From: an uncultured Streptococcus sp.
GTDB taxonomy: Bacteria; Bacillota; Bacilli; Lactobacillales; Aerococcaceae
Assembly (NCBI GenBank): GCA_963548485.1
Contig: CAUUUT010000001.1
Span: 6,745 to 70,744, forward strand
Length of the DNA stretch: 64,000 nt
Reading direction: 5' to 3'
Shown piece after piece: positions 10,795-22,033 of the stretch. The notes beneath the pieces were generated by a model. The model ran no database searches. It had not been told where the DNA came from and saw only the letters and a list, made by a program, of their open reading frames with translations. The first letter of the stretch is position 1. Each line of letters opens with the position of its first letter. The position numbers were made by a program, and so were the translations under genes.

Positions 10795-10992
10795 TAATAG
10801 GACGTTGACGGTGAGTTTTTTAATGATAAAATGTCGAAGAGAGTATGGGCTGGTGGAATCCATATCATGGTTCATTAAAAATGGCGCACAAGAGTCTATC
10901 AACAATGAAGCTTGGTTTTAAACCAAGAAATTAGGGTGGAACCGCGATTAGTCGTCCCTATGTATGCTATTAGTGTACATAGGGACTTTTTT
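10795..10992 (+). promoter_or_regulatory. Glycine T-box riboswitch (transcription antitermination)
   Basis: Stem I with AGAGA and GCTGGTG motifs; probable GGC (Gly) specifier at 10883-10885; stem III CTTGGTTTTAAACCAAG; T-box AATTAGGGTGGAACCGCG at 10929-10946; terminator GTCCCTATGTA...TACATAGGGAC plus T run. Confidence 0.92.
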
Positions 10993-11016
10993 ATTTATAT
11001 TAAAGGAGGAAATAAT

Positions 11017-11259
11017 ATGGATTTTACAATGGTTATCCCTGCGTCAGAATTCAAAGATTTTCAATTAAAGGTGGTGTCTCTAGCACCGATTAAAGTAACC
11101 GTTATTGGACATGAGGATGAAGAATTGGAGCAATTCCAAACAAGTTCAAACTACTCAATGTACGGGTTTAAAACAAAGAATGAAGCCATTAAAGAAGTAA
11201 AATGTGAAGTTATTCCTGGTGTGATTTATGAATTCTATCCAGTAGTAAATGCATTATAG
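11017..11259 (+). CDS. Hypothetical 80-aa protein between the T-box terminator and glyQ
   Basis: AAAGGAGG RBS 7 nt before ATG 11017; stop lies 14 nt before the glyQ ATG; no family recognised. Confidence 0.75.
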   Translation: MDFTMVIPASEFKDFQLKVVSLAPIKVTVIGHEDEELEQFQTSSNYSMYGFKTKNEAIKEVKCEVIPGVIYEFYPVVNAL

Positions 11260-11273
11260 AAAGGGGATTTATT

Positions 11274-12158
11274 ATGGCAAAAAAATTAAGTGTTCAAGAA
11301 ATTATTTTAACATTACAGAATTATTGGTCTAATCAAGGTTGCTTGCTTTTACAAGCGTACGATACTGAAAAAGGTGCAGGGACAATGAGTCCTTATACAT
11401 TTCTTCGAGCGATTGGACCAGAACCTTGGAATGCGGCGTATGTAGAACCTTCACGTCGTCCAGCAGATGGTCGTTATGGAGAAAATCCAAACCGTTTATT
11501 CCAACACCACCAATTCCAAGTGGTGATGAAACCATCTCCTGAAAATATTCAAGAATTATATTTAGGAAGCCTAGAAGCCTTAGGAATTAACCCGTTAGAA
11601 CATGATATTCGTTTCGTGGAAGATAACTGGGAAAATCCATCTCTTGGATGCGCTGGTTTAGGATGGGAAGTATGGCTTGATGGGATGGAAGTGACTCAAT
11701 TTACTTACTTCCAACAAGTAGGTGGATTAGAATGCCACCCAGTCACTAGCGAAATTACTTATGGTCTAGAACGTCTTGCTTCATACATTCAAGAAGTTGA
11801 GAGTGTCTATGATTTAGTATGGACTGGAGATGTGAAATATGGGGATATCTTCACTCAACCTGAATATGAACATTCTAAATATGCTTTTGAAGAAAGCAAT
11901 GCAGAATTATTAATGCAATTATTTACAGACTTTGAAAAAGAAGCAACTGTATTAATGGAAAAGGGTCTAGTGCACCCAGCCTATGACTATGTTTTAAAAT
12001 GCTCTCATGCATTTAACTTAATGGATGCTCGCGGAATTATTTCTGCAACTGACCGTGCAGGGTTCCTTGGCCGTATTCGTAAGATGGCGCGTACGATTGC
12101 GAAAACTTTCGTAGCTGAACGTGAAGCGCTAGGATTCCCATTATTGAAAGAGAAATAA
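11274..12158 (+). CDS. glyQ: Glycine-tRNA ligase alpha subunit
   Basis: [22 protein letters not shown] and EITYGLER motifs. Confidence 0.98.
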   Translation: MAKKLSVQEIILTLQNYWSNQGCLLLQAYDTEKGAGTMSPYTFLRAIGPEPWNAAYVEPSRRPADGRYGENPNRLFQHHQFQVVMKPSPENIQELYLGSLEALGINPLEHDIRFVEDNWENPSLGCAGLGWEVWLDGMEVTQFTYFQQVGGLECHPVTSEITYGLERLASYIQEVESVYDLVWTGDVKYGDIFTQPEYEHSKYAFEESNAELLMQLFTDFEKEATVLMEKGLVHPAYDYVLKCSHAFNLMDARGIISATDRAGFLGRIRKMARTIAKTFVAEREALGFPLLKEK

Positions 12159-12178
12159 GAGAGTTTGGAGGAGAGAGA

Positions 12179-14248
12179 ATGACACAATCATTATTATTAG
12201 AAATCGGTTTAGAAGAATTACCTGCTCAATATGTTCGAACAAGCTCTGAACAATTAGCAAAACGTGTGGAAGACTTCTTCAAAAATGAAAATTTAGCTTT
12301 TGAATCTGTAGAAGCTTTTGCGACTCCAAGAAGATTGGCAGTTCGTGTCAATGGATTAGTTGAAGAACAATCAGACCGCGAAGAAATCTTTAAAGGACCA
12401 TCTTTAGCAATTGCTCAAAAAGATGGAGCTTGGACAAAAGCTGCTGAAGGATTTGTTCGTGGAAAAGGATTAACAACAGATGATATTTATGTGGAAGCAG
12501 TAAATGGAGTAGAATACATTCATGTAAAACAACATATTGCTGGTAAATCAACAAAAGAAGTCGTTAGAAACTTATCTTCTGTAATTACAGATATGAAATT
12601 CCCAGTGACAATGCGTTGGGCGGCTCATACATTTGAATACTTACGTCCAATTCACTGGATTGTGGCTTTATACGGGAATGAAGTCATTGAAGAAATCGGC
12701 GTATTAGATGTAAAAGCTGGACGCATTTCAAGAGGACATCGTTTCTTAGGAAAAGAAGCGACGATTGAAAGCCCAGAAAGCTATGAAAAAGCTTTAGCTG
12801 AACAATTTGTCATTGTGAACCAAGATGAACGTAAAGCCCTAGTACGTAAGCAAATTCAAGAATTAGCTGCTAAAAACAACTGGATTATTCCAATTGATGA
12901 AGACTTACTAGAAGAAGTAAGCTCAATCCTTGAATATCCAACAGCATTCGCGGGTACGTTTGATGAAAAATACTTAGTGGTTCCAGAACCTGTATTAGTG
13001 ACATCAATGAAAGAACACCAACGTTATTTCGTTGTGTATAACCAAGAGAAACAATTATTACCTTTCTTCGTTTCAGTACGTAATGGTAATGACTACATGA
13101 TTGAAAATGTCGCTAAAGGAAATCAAAAAGTATTAACAGCTCGTTTAGAAGATGCTTTATTCTTCTATGAAGAAGATCAAAAGATTCCTATGACAACTTT
13201 CTTGAAGAAATTAGAAACATTGAACTTCCATGCCAAAATTGGTTCTATGACAGAAAAAATGGATCGTGTTCAATTACTTGTAGGACGTCTTGCAAAAGAG
13301 TTGAACTTACCAAGTGATGTTGTTGTCACAGCTCAACGTGCCGCTGCAATTTACAAATTCGACTTAGTAACGAATATGGTTGGTGAATTCCCTGAATTAC
13401 AAGGAATCATGGGAGAAATTTACGCGAAGAACCAAGGAGAAACTGCTGAAGTAGCTCAAGCGATTCGTGAACACTATATGCCAACAAGTGCAGATGGTGA
13501 ATTACCATCGTCTGTTCCAGGTGCCTTACTTGCGGTAGCAGATAAATTAGATACATTCTTAAGCTTTACTGCTGCAGGTATGCTCCCAACTGGTTCAAAC
13601 GACCCTTATGCACTACGTCGTCAAGTAATGGGGCTAGTACAAATCCTTGCAGCCTTTGATTGGAACATTGAAATTGAAGACTTTACTAAATTATTATTAG
13701 GTCTTGATTATGCAGAATTCTTATCAGGCAAAGAGGAAGAAGTTGAAACATTTATCTTAAGCTTTATTCGTGAACGTGTAGCACAACGTATCGCTACGAT
13801 TACAAAACGTCATGATATTATCGATGCGGTTGTGAATAGCAACACTTCATCAGTTCCTGAACAATTGAAGGCAGCGAAAGTTCTTTCAGCTGTTTCAGAA
13901 TCTGAAGAATTCAAAGGGATTGCAGAAGCCTTAAACCGTGTAATCAATATTAGTGCAAAAGCTCAAGAGGAAGCGGATGGTGAAATTTCAGAAGAACAAC
14001 TTGAGACAGAAAGTGAACGTACTTTAGTGAAAGCTATTAAAGAACTTCATTCAAAAGTACAAACACTAACTCCTGAAGAGTTCTACAGTCATTTAGAAGC
14101 AATGGCACCAAAAATTAATGATTTCTTCAATGAAAACATGGTTATGGTAGATGATGAGACAATTCGTCGCAATCGTCTAAGATTCTTAGGATTACTATCT
14201 CAAATTATTTTAGACTTCGCAGATTTTACATCATTAATCGTTAAATAA
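12179..14248 (+). CDS. glyS: Glycine-tRNA ligase beta subunit
   Basis: EIGLEELP, TPRRL, EFPELQG and DPYALRR motifs. Confidence 0.97.
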   Translation: MTQSLLLEIGLEELPAQYVRTSSEQLAKRVEDFFKNENLAFESVEAFATPRRLAVRVNGLVEEQSDREEIFKGPSLAIAQKDGAWTKAAEGFVRGKGLTTDDIYVEAVNGVEYIHVKQHIAGKSTKEVVRNLSSVITDMKFPVTMRWAAHTFEYLRPIHWIVALYGNEVIEEIGVLDVKAGRISRGHRFLGKEATIESPESYEKALAEQFVIVNQDERKALVRKQIQELAAKNNWIIPIDEDLLEEVSSILEYPTAFAGTFDEKYLVVPEPVLVTSMKEHQRYFVVYNQEKQLLPFFVSVRNGNDYMIENVAKGNQKVLTARLEDALFFYEEDQKIPMTTFLKKLETLNFHAKIGSMTEKMDRVQLLVGRLAKELNLPSDVVVTAQRAAAIYKFDLVTNMVGEFPELQGIMGEIYAKNQGETAEVAQAIREHYMPTSADGELPSSVPGALLAVADKLDTFLSFTAAGMLPTGSNDPYALRRQVMGLVQILAAFDWNIEIEDFTKLLLGLDYAEFLSGKEEEVETFILSFIRERVAQRIATITKRHDIIDAVVNSNTSSVPEQLKAAKVLSAVSESEEFKGIAEALNRVINISAKAQEEADGEISEEQLETESERTLVKAIKELHSKVQTLTPEEFYSHLEAMAPKINDFFNENMVMVDDETIRRNRLRFLGLLSQIILDFADFTSLIVK

Positions 14249-14278
14249 GAACCTCACACAGAAAGGAGAGTGAACGAA

Positions 14279-15586
14279 ATGGCAGTATTTTATGATCGTG
14301 CCACGATTCAAGTCAAAGCCGGAAAAGGTGGAGACGGAATGGTTGCTTTTCGTCGTGAAAAATACGTACCAGACGGAGGACCCGCTGGTGGAGACGGTGG
14401 TAAAGGTGGAAGTGTTATTTTTAAAGTCGATTCAGGACTTAGAACCTTATTAGATTTCCGTCATAAACGTCATTTTAAAGCAAAACCTGGTGAAAACGGC
14501 ATGAGTAAGAGTATGTATGGCCGTGGTGCAGAAGATTTAATCGTTAAAGTTCCACCAGGAACAATCGTTAGAAATGCAGAAACAAAAGCTTTAATAGCTG
14601 ACTTAGTAGAAGACGGTCAAGAAGTAGTGGTTGCTAAAGGCGGCCGAGGTGGTCGAGGCAATATTCGTTTTGCAACACATAAAAATCCAGCTCCAGATAT
14701 CGCCGAAAACGGGGAACCAGGGGAAGAGTTTGAACTCGATTTAGAATTAAAAGTACTTGCTGATGTTGGATTAGTAGGATTTCCATCTGTTGGTAAATCG
14801 ACTTTACTTTCAGTAATTTCTAGTGCAAAACCAAAAATCGCAGACTATCACTTTACAACATTGAATCCTCAATTAGGAATGGCGCAGTCTCCAAATGGCG
14901 AGCAATTTGTCGTTGCTGACTTACCAGGATTAATTGAAGGAGCACACACAGGTGTTGGGCTAGGAATCCATTTCTTGAAACATATCGAACGTACAAAAGT
15001 ATTACTTCATGTGATTGATATGGCCGCAATGGAAGGCCGTGATCCTTTCGAAGATTACAAAATTATTCAAGAAGAACTAGGAAGTTATCACTTACGTTTA
15101 TTGGAACGTCCGATGCTAATTGTCGCAAATAAGATGGACCAACCTCAAGCGGAAGAAAACTTAGAGAAGTTCAAAAAAGATTTAGCAGATAGTCTGTCTG
15201 ATGGGCAAGAAATGCGAGAGATTTTCCCGATTTCTGCATATCGTCGTGATGGACTTCAAGCATTACTTGCTAGAACGGCTGAGGTTCTAGAAGAAACAGA
15301 ATTCTTCCCATTAAACGAAGAAGTAGTGGAAACACATATCGTTTATGGATTAGAGGAAGAAGAAGCGCCATTCAAAGTGACAAGAGATCCAGATGGTACT
15401 TGGGTATTATATGGAGATAAGATTGAAAAACTATTCAAGATGACAAATATGGAACATGATGAGTCTGTAATGCGATTCTCACGTCAATTACGTGGAATGG
15501 GTGTGGATAGCACCTTACGTGAAAAAGGCGCTGAAAATGGTGACTTAGTACGTATTCTGAACTTCTCATTCGAGTTCGTTGATTAA
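14279..15586 (+). CDS. obgE: GTPase ObgE/CgtA
   Basis: Gly-rich Obg fold (GGDGGKGG), [12 protein letters not shown] and NKMD; ATG 14279 fits the RBS spacing. Confidence 0.97.
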   Translation: MAVFYDRATIQVKAGKGGDGMVAFRREKYVPDGGPAGGDGGKGGSVIFKVDSGLRTLLDFRHKRHFKAKPGENGMSKSMYGRGAEDLIVKVPPGTIVRNAETKALIADLVEDGQEVVVAKGGRGGRGNIRFATHKNPAPDIAENGEPGEEFELDLELKVLADVGLVGFPSVGKSTLLSVISSAKPKIADYHFTTLNPQLGMAQSPNGEQFVVADLPGLIEGAHTGVGLGIHFLKHIERTKVLLHVIDMAAMEGRDPFEDYKIIQEELGSYHLRLLERPMLIVANKMDQPQAEENLEKFKKDLADSLSDGQEMREIFPISAYRRDGLQALLARTAEVLEETEFFPLNEEVVETHIVYGLEEEEAPFKVTRDPDGTWVLYGDKIEKLFKMTNMEHDESVMRFSRQLRGMGVDSTLREKGAENGDLVRILNFSFEFVD

Positions 15587-15598
15587 GGAGTTTTGAAT

Positions 15599-17422
15599 AT
15601 GATTGATAGAAGTGAGATGGAGAAACGTTTTTACGTATCTTCCTTTGATGGCCTAAGAGCGATAGGAATTTTGAGTATTATTATTTATCACTTGTATTCA
15701 TATCGCTTACCGGGTGGATTTCTTGGACTTGACATCTTCTTAATTTTAGCGGGTTACTTTATGACGAACCGCTTAATGACAAGTTTGATGAATGATGGCA
15801 AGATTCCTCTGAAGCAGTTTTTATTAAAACGTCTAGCACGTATTGCACTTCCTTTAATTGCAATGCTCGTTCTAGTGTTCATTTATATAACGCTGTTTCA
15901 GAATGAAATGCTAGTGAACTTAAGAGGATCATTTACTTCCAGTTTAGTCTTTTTAAATAACTGGTGGCAGATATTCCAAGCACAAACGTTTATTCCAAAC
16001 TTATTAACTGAAAATCCATTTGAACACTTATGGTATATTTCATTAGCCTTTCAGTTTTACTTATTGTGGCCAATTGTGTTTGCATTTTTAAGTATATTTC
16101 TTAAAAAGCATAATTCATTATTTGTGGCGATTGTAGTGTTAGCAACGGCTTCATTTGGGCTAATGGTGTTTAGTTATAAAGGGGCAGAGTCTTTAACGTA
16201 TGTCACAATGAGTACTGGTACACGACTCTTTTCAATGTTAATTGGTTCATGTACGGCTTTGTTATATCCTTTAGATCGTTTTCAAATGGAGTATAAATCT
16301 AAATTACCGTATGAACAGTATTTAAGATTAATTCCAATTGTTTTAATGGTGATTTTATTATTTACATTAGGTCGTAACGAAGATATTACGTATCGTGGAG
16401 GGATGTTACTTTTTGATTTAACAGTTGCAGCTGTTATTTTGATGAGTGTTCATCCAAAAGTAGCGACAGGAATTTTATTCCGATTTAAACCATTAACAGT
16501 GATTGGGCGCAGAAGTTTATCGTATTACTTATGGTTCTTACCGATTATTGTTTTATATCAAGCAAAATTAGGAATTACGGGTTCAAGTAGTTTCCTTCAC
16601 GGAATTATTCAATCTGCTTTAATTGTCTTCTTTGGTGAAGTTTGGTATCAAATTTTCGAAAAGAGACGTTATGTAACGATTAGTCGTAAGATGATGAGTT
16701 TATTGAAAGAAAAATCTCCTTATGGAAAACAAATTTTCTTTGGAATCTGTGCAGTACCGTTAATTATTTTGGCGGTAGGACTTGTTCAATCGACAAGTAA
16801 ATTATCCCAGCAAGAGACAACTCTTACAGAATTGATTCATGCCAATCAAGAGATTGTAGATAATACTCAATTAACGGATAAGAAACTATTAAAGACCATT
16901 AATAATGTGGTAGGACTTACTCGTGAAGAGACCGTTTTTAGCAGTAATAGTTCGATTACCTTTATTGGGGACCAATCGCTATTAGCTATCGCGAATGAAT
17001 TAACAACCATTTATCCAAATGCCGTGATGCATGCGACAACAATTGCCCAAGTAACAGATTTAGCTTCAACCATTAATGAACTGAAAGCAAAGAATCTATT
17101 ACATGACACAGTTGTTTTAATGTTTGGTGCCAATAGTGCATTTACTAAAGGGCAATTGGAACGGGAACTTAAACGCATTGGGATGGAAAAACAAATCTTC
17201 CTTGTTACAACGACAACGTCTAAAACGTGGAGAGATGATGTGAATGCTGTGTACGAAGCAATTAGCGAAAAGTATTCCAATGTCCATGTTCTTGACTGGA
17301 ATGAATATTCGAAAGACCAAGACTGGTTCTATTCACATAAGTCTTATGTAACAGAAGTAGGGGCTCATGAAGAAGCACTCTTCTTTGCTAAGAAAATTTA
17401 TGAAACATTGAGAGGAAATTAA
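15599..17422 (+). CDS. OatA-like acyltransferase-3 plus SGNH-domain membrane protein with degenerate motifs
   Basis: DGLRA..YH and GGFLG motifs, about 10 TM helices, C-terminal SGNH-like domain (FIGDQS, VLDW). Confidence 0.8.
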   Translation: MIDRSEMEKRFYVSSFDGLRAIGILSIIIYHLYSYRLPGGFLGLDIFLILAGYFMTNRLMTSLMNDGKIPLKQFLLKRLARIALPLIAMLVLVFIYITLFQNEMLVNLRGSFTSSLVFLNNWWQIFQAQTFIPNLLTENPFEHLWYISLAFQFYLLWPIVFAFLSIFLKKHNSLFVAIVVLATASFGLMVFSYKGAESLTYVTMSTGTRLFSMLIGSCTALLYPLDRFQMEYKSKLPYEQYLRLIPIVLMVILLFTLGRNEDITYRGGMLLFDLTVAAVILMSVHPKVATGILFRFKPLTVIGRRSLSYYLWFLPIIVLYQAKLGITGSSSFLHGIIQSALIVFFGEVWYQIFEKRRYVTISRKMMSLLKEKSPYGKQIFFGICAVPLIILAVGLVQSTSKLSQQETTLTELIHANQEIVDNTQLTDKKLLKTINNVVGLTREETVFSSNSSITFIGDQSLLAIANELTTIYPNAVMHATTIAQVTDLASTINELKAKNLLHDTVVLMFGANSAFTKGQLERELKRIGMEKQIFLVTTTTSKTWRDDVNAVYEAISEKYSNVHVLDWNEYSKDQDWFYSHKSYVTEVGAHEEALFFAKKIYETLRGN

Positions 17423-17423
17423 A

Positions 17424-18368
17424 ATGGAATTGCAATTTCTAGGAACAGGTGCTGGCGTACCTTCTAAAATGAGAAACGTCACTTCAATTGCATTAAAGCT
17501 TCTCGATGAGATTAATGAAGTGTGGTTATTCGATTGTGGAGAAGCTACACAGCAACAAATTTTAAATACAAGTATTCGTCCTGGTAAGATTAAAAAAATT
17601 TTTATTACACATATGCATGGAGATCATATTTTTGGCTTACCTGGACTACTCACAAGTCGTTCTTTCCAAGGGGGAGAAGATGAATTAATCGTATACGGGC
17701 CTAAAGGAATTAAGAGCTTTATTGATACAACCATCGAAGCGTCTTGTTCCAAACTTGGATATCCTTTAAAAGTAGTTGAATTTGAAAAAGAAGGTCTTCT
17801 TTTCGATGACAAGAACTTTAAAGTAGAATTAAAACGACTCGAACATGGGATTCCTTCATATGGATTCCGTATTACAGAAAAAGACCAACCAGGAGAGCTT
17901 CAAGCTGACCGTTTAAGAGAATTAGGGATTCCTTTTGGGCCACTCTATGGCAAGTTGAAAAAAGGTGAGACGATTACTCTTGATGATGGTACTGTTGTGA
18001 ATGGACAAGATTATATTTCTCCGGATATTAAAGGACGCGTTGTGACCATTTGTGGGGATACTCGTAAATGTGAAGCAAGTGAAATCTTAGCGTACCGTTC
18101 AGATGTACTTGTCCATGAGGCAACATATGAAGGAGATAAAGGTCAACAAGCCTATCGTCATTTCCATTCGACGAGTCTTCAAGCGGCTGAAATTGCGAAA
18201 AATGCTGAAGTTAAACGACTCTTGTTAACGCATATTAGTGCGCGTTATATTGGGAAACAATCTCAAGAATTAGAGGAAGAAGCAAAAACAATATTCGAAA
18301 ACGTTGCAGTCGTAAAAGATTTTGATATTGTTCCTGTTGAAAGGGTAAAACATTATGAAGGATGCTAA
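17424..18368 (+). CDS. rnz: Ribonuclease Z
   Basis: FLGTGAG, DCGEAT, HMHGDH and HEAT motifs. Confidence 0.96.
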   Translation: MELQFLGTGAGVPSKMRNVTSIALKLLDEINEVWLFDCGEATQQQILNTSIRPGKIKKIFITHMHGDHIFGLPGLLTSRSFQGGEDELIVYGPKGIKSFIDTTIEASCSKLGYPLKVVEFEKEGLLFDDKNFKVELKRLEHGIPSYGFRITEKDQPGELQADRLRELGIPFGPLYGKLKKGETITLDDGTVVNGQDYISPDIKGRVVTICGDTRKCEASEILAYRSDVLVHEATYEGDKGQQAYRHFHSTSLQAAEIAKNAEVKRLLLTHISARYIGKQSQELEEEAKTIFENVAVVKDFDIVPVERVKHYEGC

Positions 18369-19152
18369 ATGGTTTTTAAATCAAGTGGCTCTTGTGACAG
18401 GAGCTAGCGGAGGACTAGGTGCACAAATTGCGCTTGAATTAGCCAAAAGAGATGTACAGTTAATTCTAGTAGCTCGTAATGAATCAAAGCTAGAGCAGGT
18501 AGCAGCCGAGTGTAGATCGTTCACCTCTAAACCGGTCGATATCTATTCGTGTGATTTAACACAGGATGCGTCTATTAACGAGTTGCTAGCTACACTAGAT
18601 GAATCATACAAAATTACGATGGTGATTAACAATGCAGGCCTAGGGTACTTTAAATTAGCTAAAGACTTAAGTGAAACAGAAATCGCACAAATGCTTCAGT
18701 TGAATTTGAATGCATTAATTAAAATCACACAACATTTTGTTCCTCGTTTTATCGAAGAAAAGGGCGGAGTGTTTGTCAATATTGCGTCCCAAGCAGGAAA
18801 ATCAGCGACGGCTAAATCTTCTGTCTATTCAGCAACTAAATTTGGAGTGTTAGGATATTCGAATGCGCTGCGTTTAGAATTAAAACCTTATGGCACCCAT
18901 GTGATGACTGTGAATCCTGGACCGATTGCGACAGACTTCTTCGATAAAGCGGAGCCAACTGGAAAATACTTAGAGCAATTAGGCTCTGTAGTACTAGATC
19001 CAGTGAAGGTAGCAAAAGAAGTAGTTAAAGGAATTGAAAGAGAAAAACGTGAAGTGAATTTGCCAAAAACGATGAACTTTGCGAGTAAATTAAATGTTTT
19101 ATTCCCGAAAATAGGAGACAAACTATTAGGGAGTATTTTCAATAAAAAGTAG
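18355..19152 (+). CDS. Short-chain dehydrogenase/reductase (YqjQ-like)
   Basis: TGASGGLG, NNAG and YSATK motifs; rnz-SDR-recJ synteny. Confidence 0.9.
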   Translation: MKDAKWFLNQVALVTGASGGLGAQIALELAKRDVQLILVARNESKLEQVAAECRSFTSKPVDIYSCDLTQDASINELLATLDESYKITMVINNAGLGYFKLAKDLSETEIAQMLQLNLNALIKITQHFVPRFIEEKGGVFVNIASQAGKSATAKSSVYSATKFGVLGYSNALRLELKPYGTHVMTVNPGPIATDFFDKAEPTGKYLEQLGSVVLDPVKVAKEVVKGIEREKREVNLPKTMNFASKLNVLFPKIGDKLLGSIFNKK

Positions 19153-19164
19153 AGGAGGTGTACG

Positions 19165-21489
19165 ATGAGTTTTGCAAATTATGCATGGAAGTTAAAAGAG
19201 AATGTAGATGAAGAACTCGTAACGTCTCTTTCAAGTGAAAGTGGTGTATCCGAAAATCTCGTTCGCTTATGTGTAGAACGTGGAGTACAAACTGTGGAAG
19301 ACTTGCAAGAATTTCTCTCGCCAACACCACATCTTATCCACGATCCATTCTTATTACATGATATGGATAAAGCGGTAGGACGTATACAAGAAGCCATTGA
19401 AAATGGTGAATTCATTCATATTTATGGCGATTATGATGCAGACGGAATTACAAGTACAACGATTCTCTACGAAACGCTTGAAATGCTAGGAGCTCAAGTA
19501 TCGTACTATTTACCGAATCGCTTTACAGATGGCTATGGTCCCAATATTCCAGCGTTCCAACGTGCAATCGAAGAAGGTCATACACTCATTATTACAGTTG
19601 ACTGTGGTATTGCTTCACTTGAACCAATTCGTTATGCGATGGAAAATGGCTGTGATGTCATTTTAACGGACCACCATGAGATTCCAAGCGACATTCCAGA
19701 AGCTTATGCTGTTATCCATCCTCGACATCCTGAGGCAAACTACCCATGTGGAGACTTATCGGGTGCTGGGGTTGCATTTAAGCTTGCTCATGCGCTTCTA
19801 GGAGAGTTTCCAGAAGAAATGGTAGAATTAGCCGCGATTGGAACCATTGCGGATTTAGTCAGTCTTACTGATGAAAATAGAACGATTGCTAAACTTGGAA
19901 TTAGTCAAATGAAACAGACTCAACGTATTGGCCTTGTTTCATTATTAGAGAAGCTATCTATCAAAATGGATAAACTAGACGAGAAGACGATTGGATTCCA
20001 AATTGGGCCACGTTTAAATGCGCTAGGTCGCCTTGGAGATGCTACTCCGGGAGTTCAATTATTAACAACATTTGATGATGAGGAAGCTTCAAGTATCGTT
20101 GATTTTATGCAATCTGAAAACGAAAGACGTCAGGCCATTGTGAATCAAATTGTTGAAGAAGCCGCGCCTCTGATTGAGTCTCAGGCACAGCAACCAATAC
20201 TTGTCTTAGCTCAACCAGGTTGGCATGAAGGAGTTCTTGGAATTGTAGCGAGTCGAATCGTCGAACAGACTGGTAAACCTACCATTGTGTTAGGCATTAG
20301 TGAAGACGGCTTAACTGCTAAGGGAAGTGGTCGTTCGTTTGGAGAATTTAATCTCTATGATGCGTTAACAAGTGTCAAAGAGCATCTTTTAAAATTCGGT
20401 GGGCATCATATGGCGGCTGGATTAACAGTCGAAACGATTATGCTCCCAACGATGATTGAAGGTCTTGAACAGTATGCGAAAGACCATCAAGATTTATTAG
20501 ACGCGAAAGTTACTTTGACAATTGATGAAGTTCTTCCATTAAAAGATATTACGGTAGATTGGATCGAATCATTAGCTAGCCTGAAACCATTTGGTACGGA
20601 TAATCCAGAACCAGTTGTTTCTCTAGAAGGGATTCAAGTGGCGTCAACTCAATTATTAGGAGCCGATAAACAACACTTGAAGTTGAATTTGAAAGAATCT
20701 AATTCTACAAATACGCTTCAAGCGATGGCTTTTAGTAAAGGGGAATGGGCAGCTTCGCTTCAACCAGATACTAAGATAAGTATTGCTGGGACATTAGAAA
20801 TTAATGAATGGCAAAATAATCGACTTCCTCAATTAATGGTGAAAGATATCGCAGTTCAAGGTAGAGTCGTGATTGATTGGCGTACTTCAAAGATTACAAA
20901 AGATCATCTTAGTGTTGAAAATAGTTTATATTTAGCAAGCAATGAAACTTACTTAAAGGAACTAGAAACAAGAATTCCAAGCACTTCAAGTGTGATGGAT
21001 TTTTCATCCTTTGTAGCTTCGCAGGAGAAACCAAATGCAAAAGCAATTGTCCTGTTCGACTTACCAGAAAAAGTAGAAGAAGTGGAAGCCTTCTTTAAAA
21101 TGGACTGGACACAGCCTCTTTATGTCATTGCCTATACGAAGAATTCGGTAGTAACAACAGGTATCCCTGATAAGCCTAAGTTTGGTAGCGTGTATAAATA
21201 TATCCAGTCTCATGGCCAAATTCCTTACAATGAAAAATTAGTATCGGTTGCTGGATTCCTCAAAATTCCAGTTGAACAATTCCGAGTTATATTAAAAGTG
21301 TTTTTTGAGTTGGAATTTGTTAAAATAGTAGATGGACATTTAATGATTAATGAAAGTCCGAAAACAAATGACTTAGAAGAGTCAACCTTATTGAAAAAGT
21401 TAAATGAACAAATGTTGCTTGAAAAGAAATTCAACTATAGCCAGTTCCAAGAACTTAAGAGTTGGATGGATTCACAACAAGGTAAATAA
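19165..21489 (+). CDS. recJ: ssDNA-specific exonuclease RecJ
   Basis: GDYDADG, TVDCG, TDHH, PRLNALGR and GGH motifs. Confidence 0.96.
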   Translation: MSFANYAWKLKENVDEELVTSLSSESGVSENLVRLCVERGVQTVEDLQEFLSPTPHLIHDPFLLHDMDKAVGRIQEAIENGEFIHIYGDYDADGITSTTILYETLEMLGAQVSYYLPNRFTDGYGPNIPAFQRAIEEGHTLIITVDCGIASLEPIRYAMENGCDVILTDHHEIPSDIPEAYAVIHPRHPEANYPCGDLSGAGVAFKLAHALLGEFPEEMVELAAIGTIADLVSLTDENRTIAKLGISQMKQTQRIGLVSLLEKLSIKMDKLDEKTIGFQIGPRLNALGRLGDATPGVQLLTTFDDEEASSIVDFMQSENERRQAIVNQIVEEAAPLIESQAQQPILVLAQPGWHEGVLGIVASRIVEQTGKPTIVLGISEDGLTAKGSGRSFGEFNLYDALTSVKEHLLKFGGHHMAAGLTVETIMLPTMIEGLEQYAKDHQDLLDAKVTLTIDEVLPLKDITVDWIESLASLKPFGTDNPEPVVSLEGIQVASTQLLGADKQHLKLNLKESNSTNTLQAMAFSKGEWAASLQPDTKISIAGTLEINEWQNNRLPQLMVKDIAVQGRVVIDWRTSKITKDHLSVENSLYLASNETYLKELETRIPSTSSVMDFSSFVASQEKPNAKAIVLFDLPEKVEEVEAFFKMDWTQPLYVIAYTKNSVVTTGIPDKPKFGSVYKYIQSHGQIPYNEKLVSVAGFLKIPVEQFRVILKVFFELEFVKIVDGHLMINESPKTNDLEESTLLKKLNEQMLLEKKFNYSQFQELKSWMDSQQGK

Positions 21490-21504
21490 AAGGAGGAGTT
21501 CTAA

Positions 21505-22032
21505 ATGAACTTGAAAGAATATATTGCTAGTGTTCCAAACTATCCTAAAGAGGGTATTATTTTCCGTGATATTTCTCCATTAATGGCGGACGGAAAAGCT
21601 TATCAATATGCAACACAACAAATTGTTGATTACGCTCGTAGAATTGGCGCTGAAATGATTGTTGGACCAGAAGCACGTGGATTCATCGTTGGTTGTCCAG
21701 TAGCATATGAATTAGGAATTGGATTTGCACCAGCGCGTAAAAAAGGAAAATTACCTCGTGAAACAGTGGCTGTAGAATACGATTTAGAATACGGTTCAGC
21801 TGAATTACACTTACATAAAGATGCTGTAAAACCTGGCCAAAAAGTTCTAATTTGTGATGACTTATTAGCAACAGGTGGAACAATGGCGGCAGCTGCTAAA
21901 TTAGTTGAAAAACTTGGTGGTGAAGTCGTTGGTTTAGCTTTCTTAATAGAGTTAACAGATTTAAAAGGTCGCGAAAAAATTAGCGAATACGACATCTTCA
22001 CATTAATGGAATACACTGAAGACGAAAGATAA
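21505..22032 (+). CDS. apt: Adenine phosphoribosyltransferase
   Basis: EARGF, RKKGKLP and DDLLATGGT motifs. Confidence 0.97.
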   Translation: MNLKEYIASVPNYPKEGIIFRDISPLMADGKAYQYATQQIVDYARRIGAEMIVGPEARGFIVGCPVAYELGIGFAPARKKGKLPRETVAVEYDLEYGSAELHLHKDAVKPGQKVLICDDLLATGGTMAAAAKLVEKLGGEVVGLAFLIELTDLKGREKISEYDIFTLMEYTEDER

Positions 22033-22033
22033 T

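Noticed and set aside
10912..11016. N-terminal 35 codons of the 115-aa track ORF
   Set aside because: They run through the T-box antiterminator and terminator with no RBS; the supported start is ATG 11017
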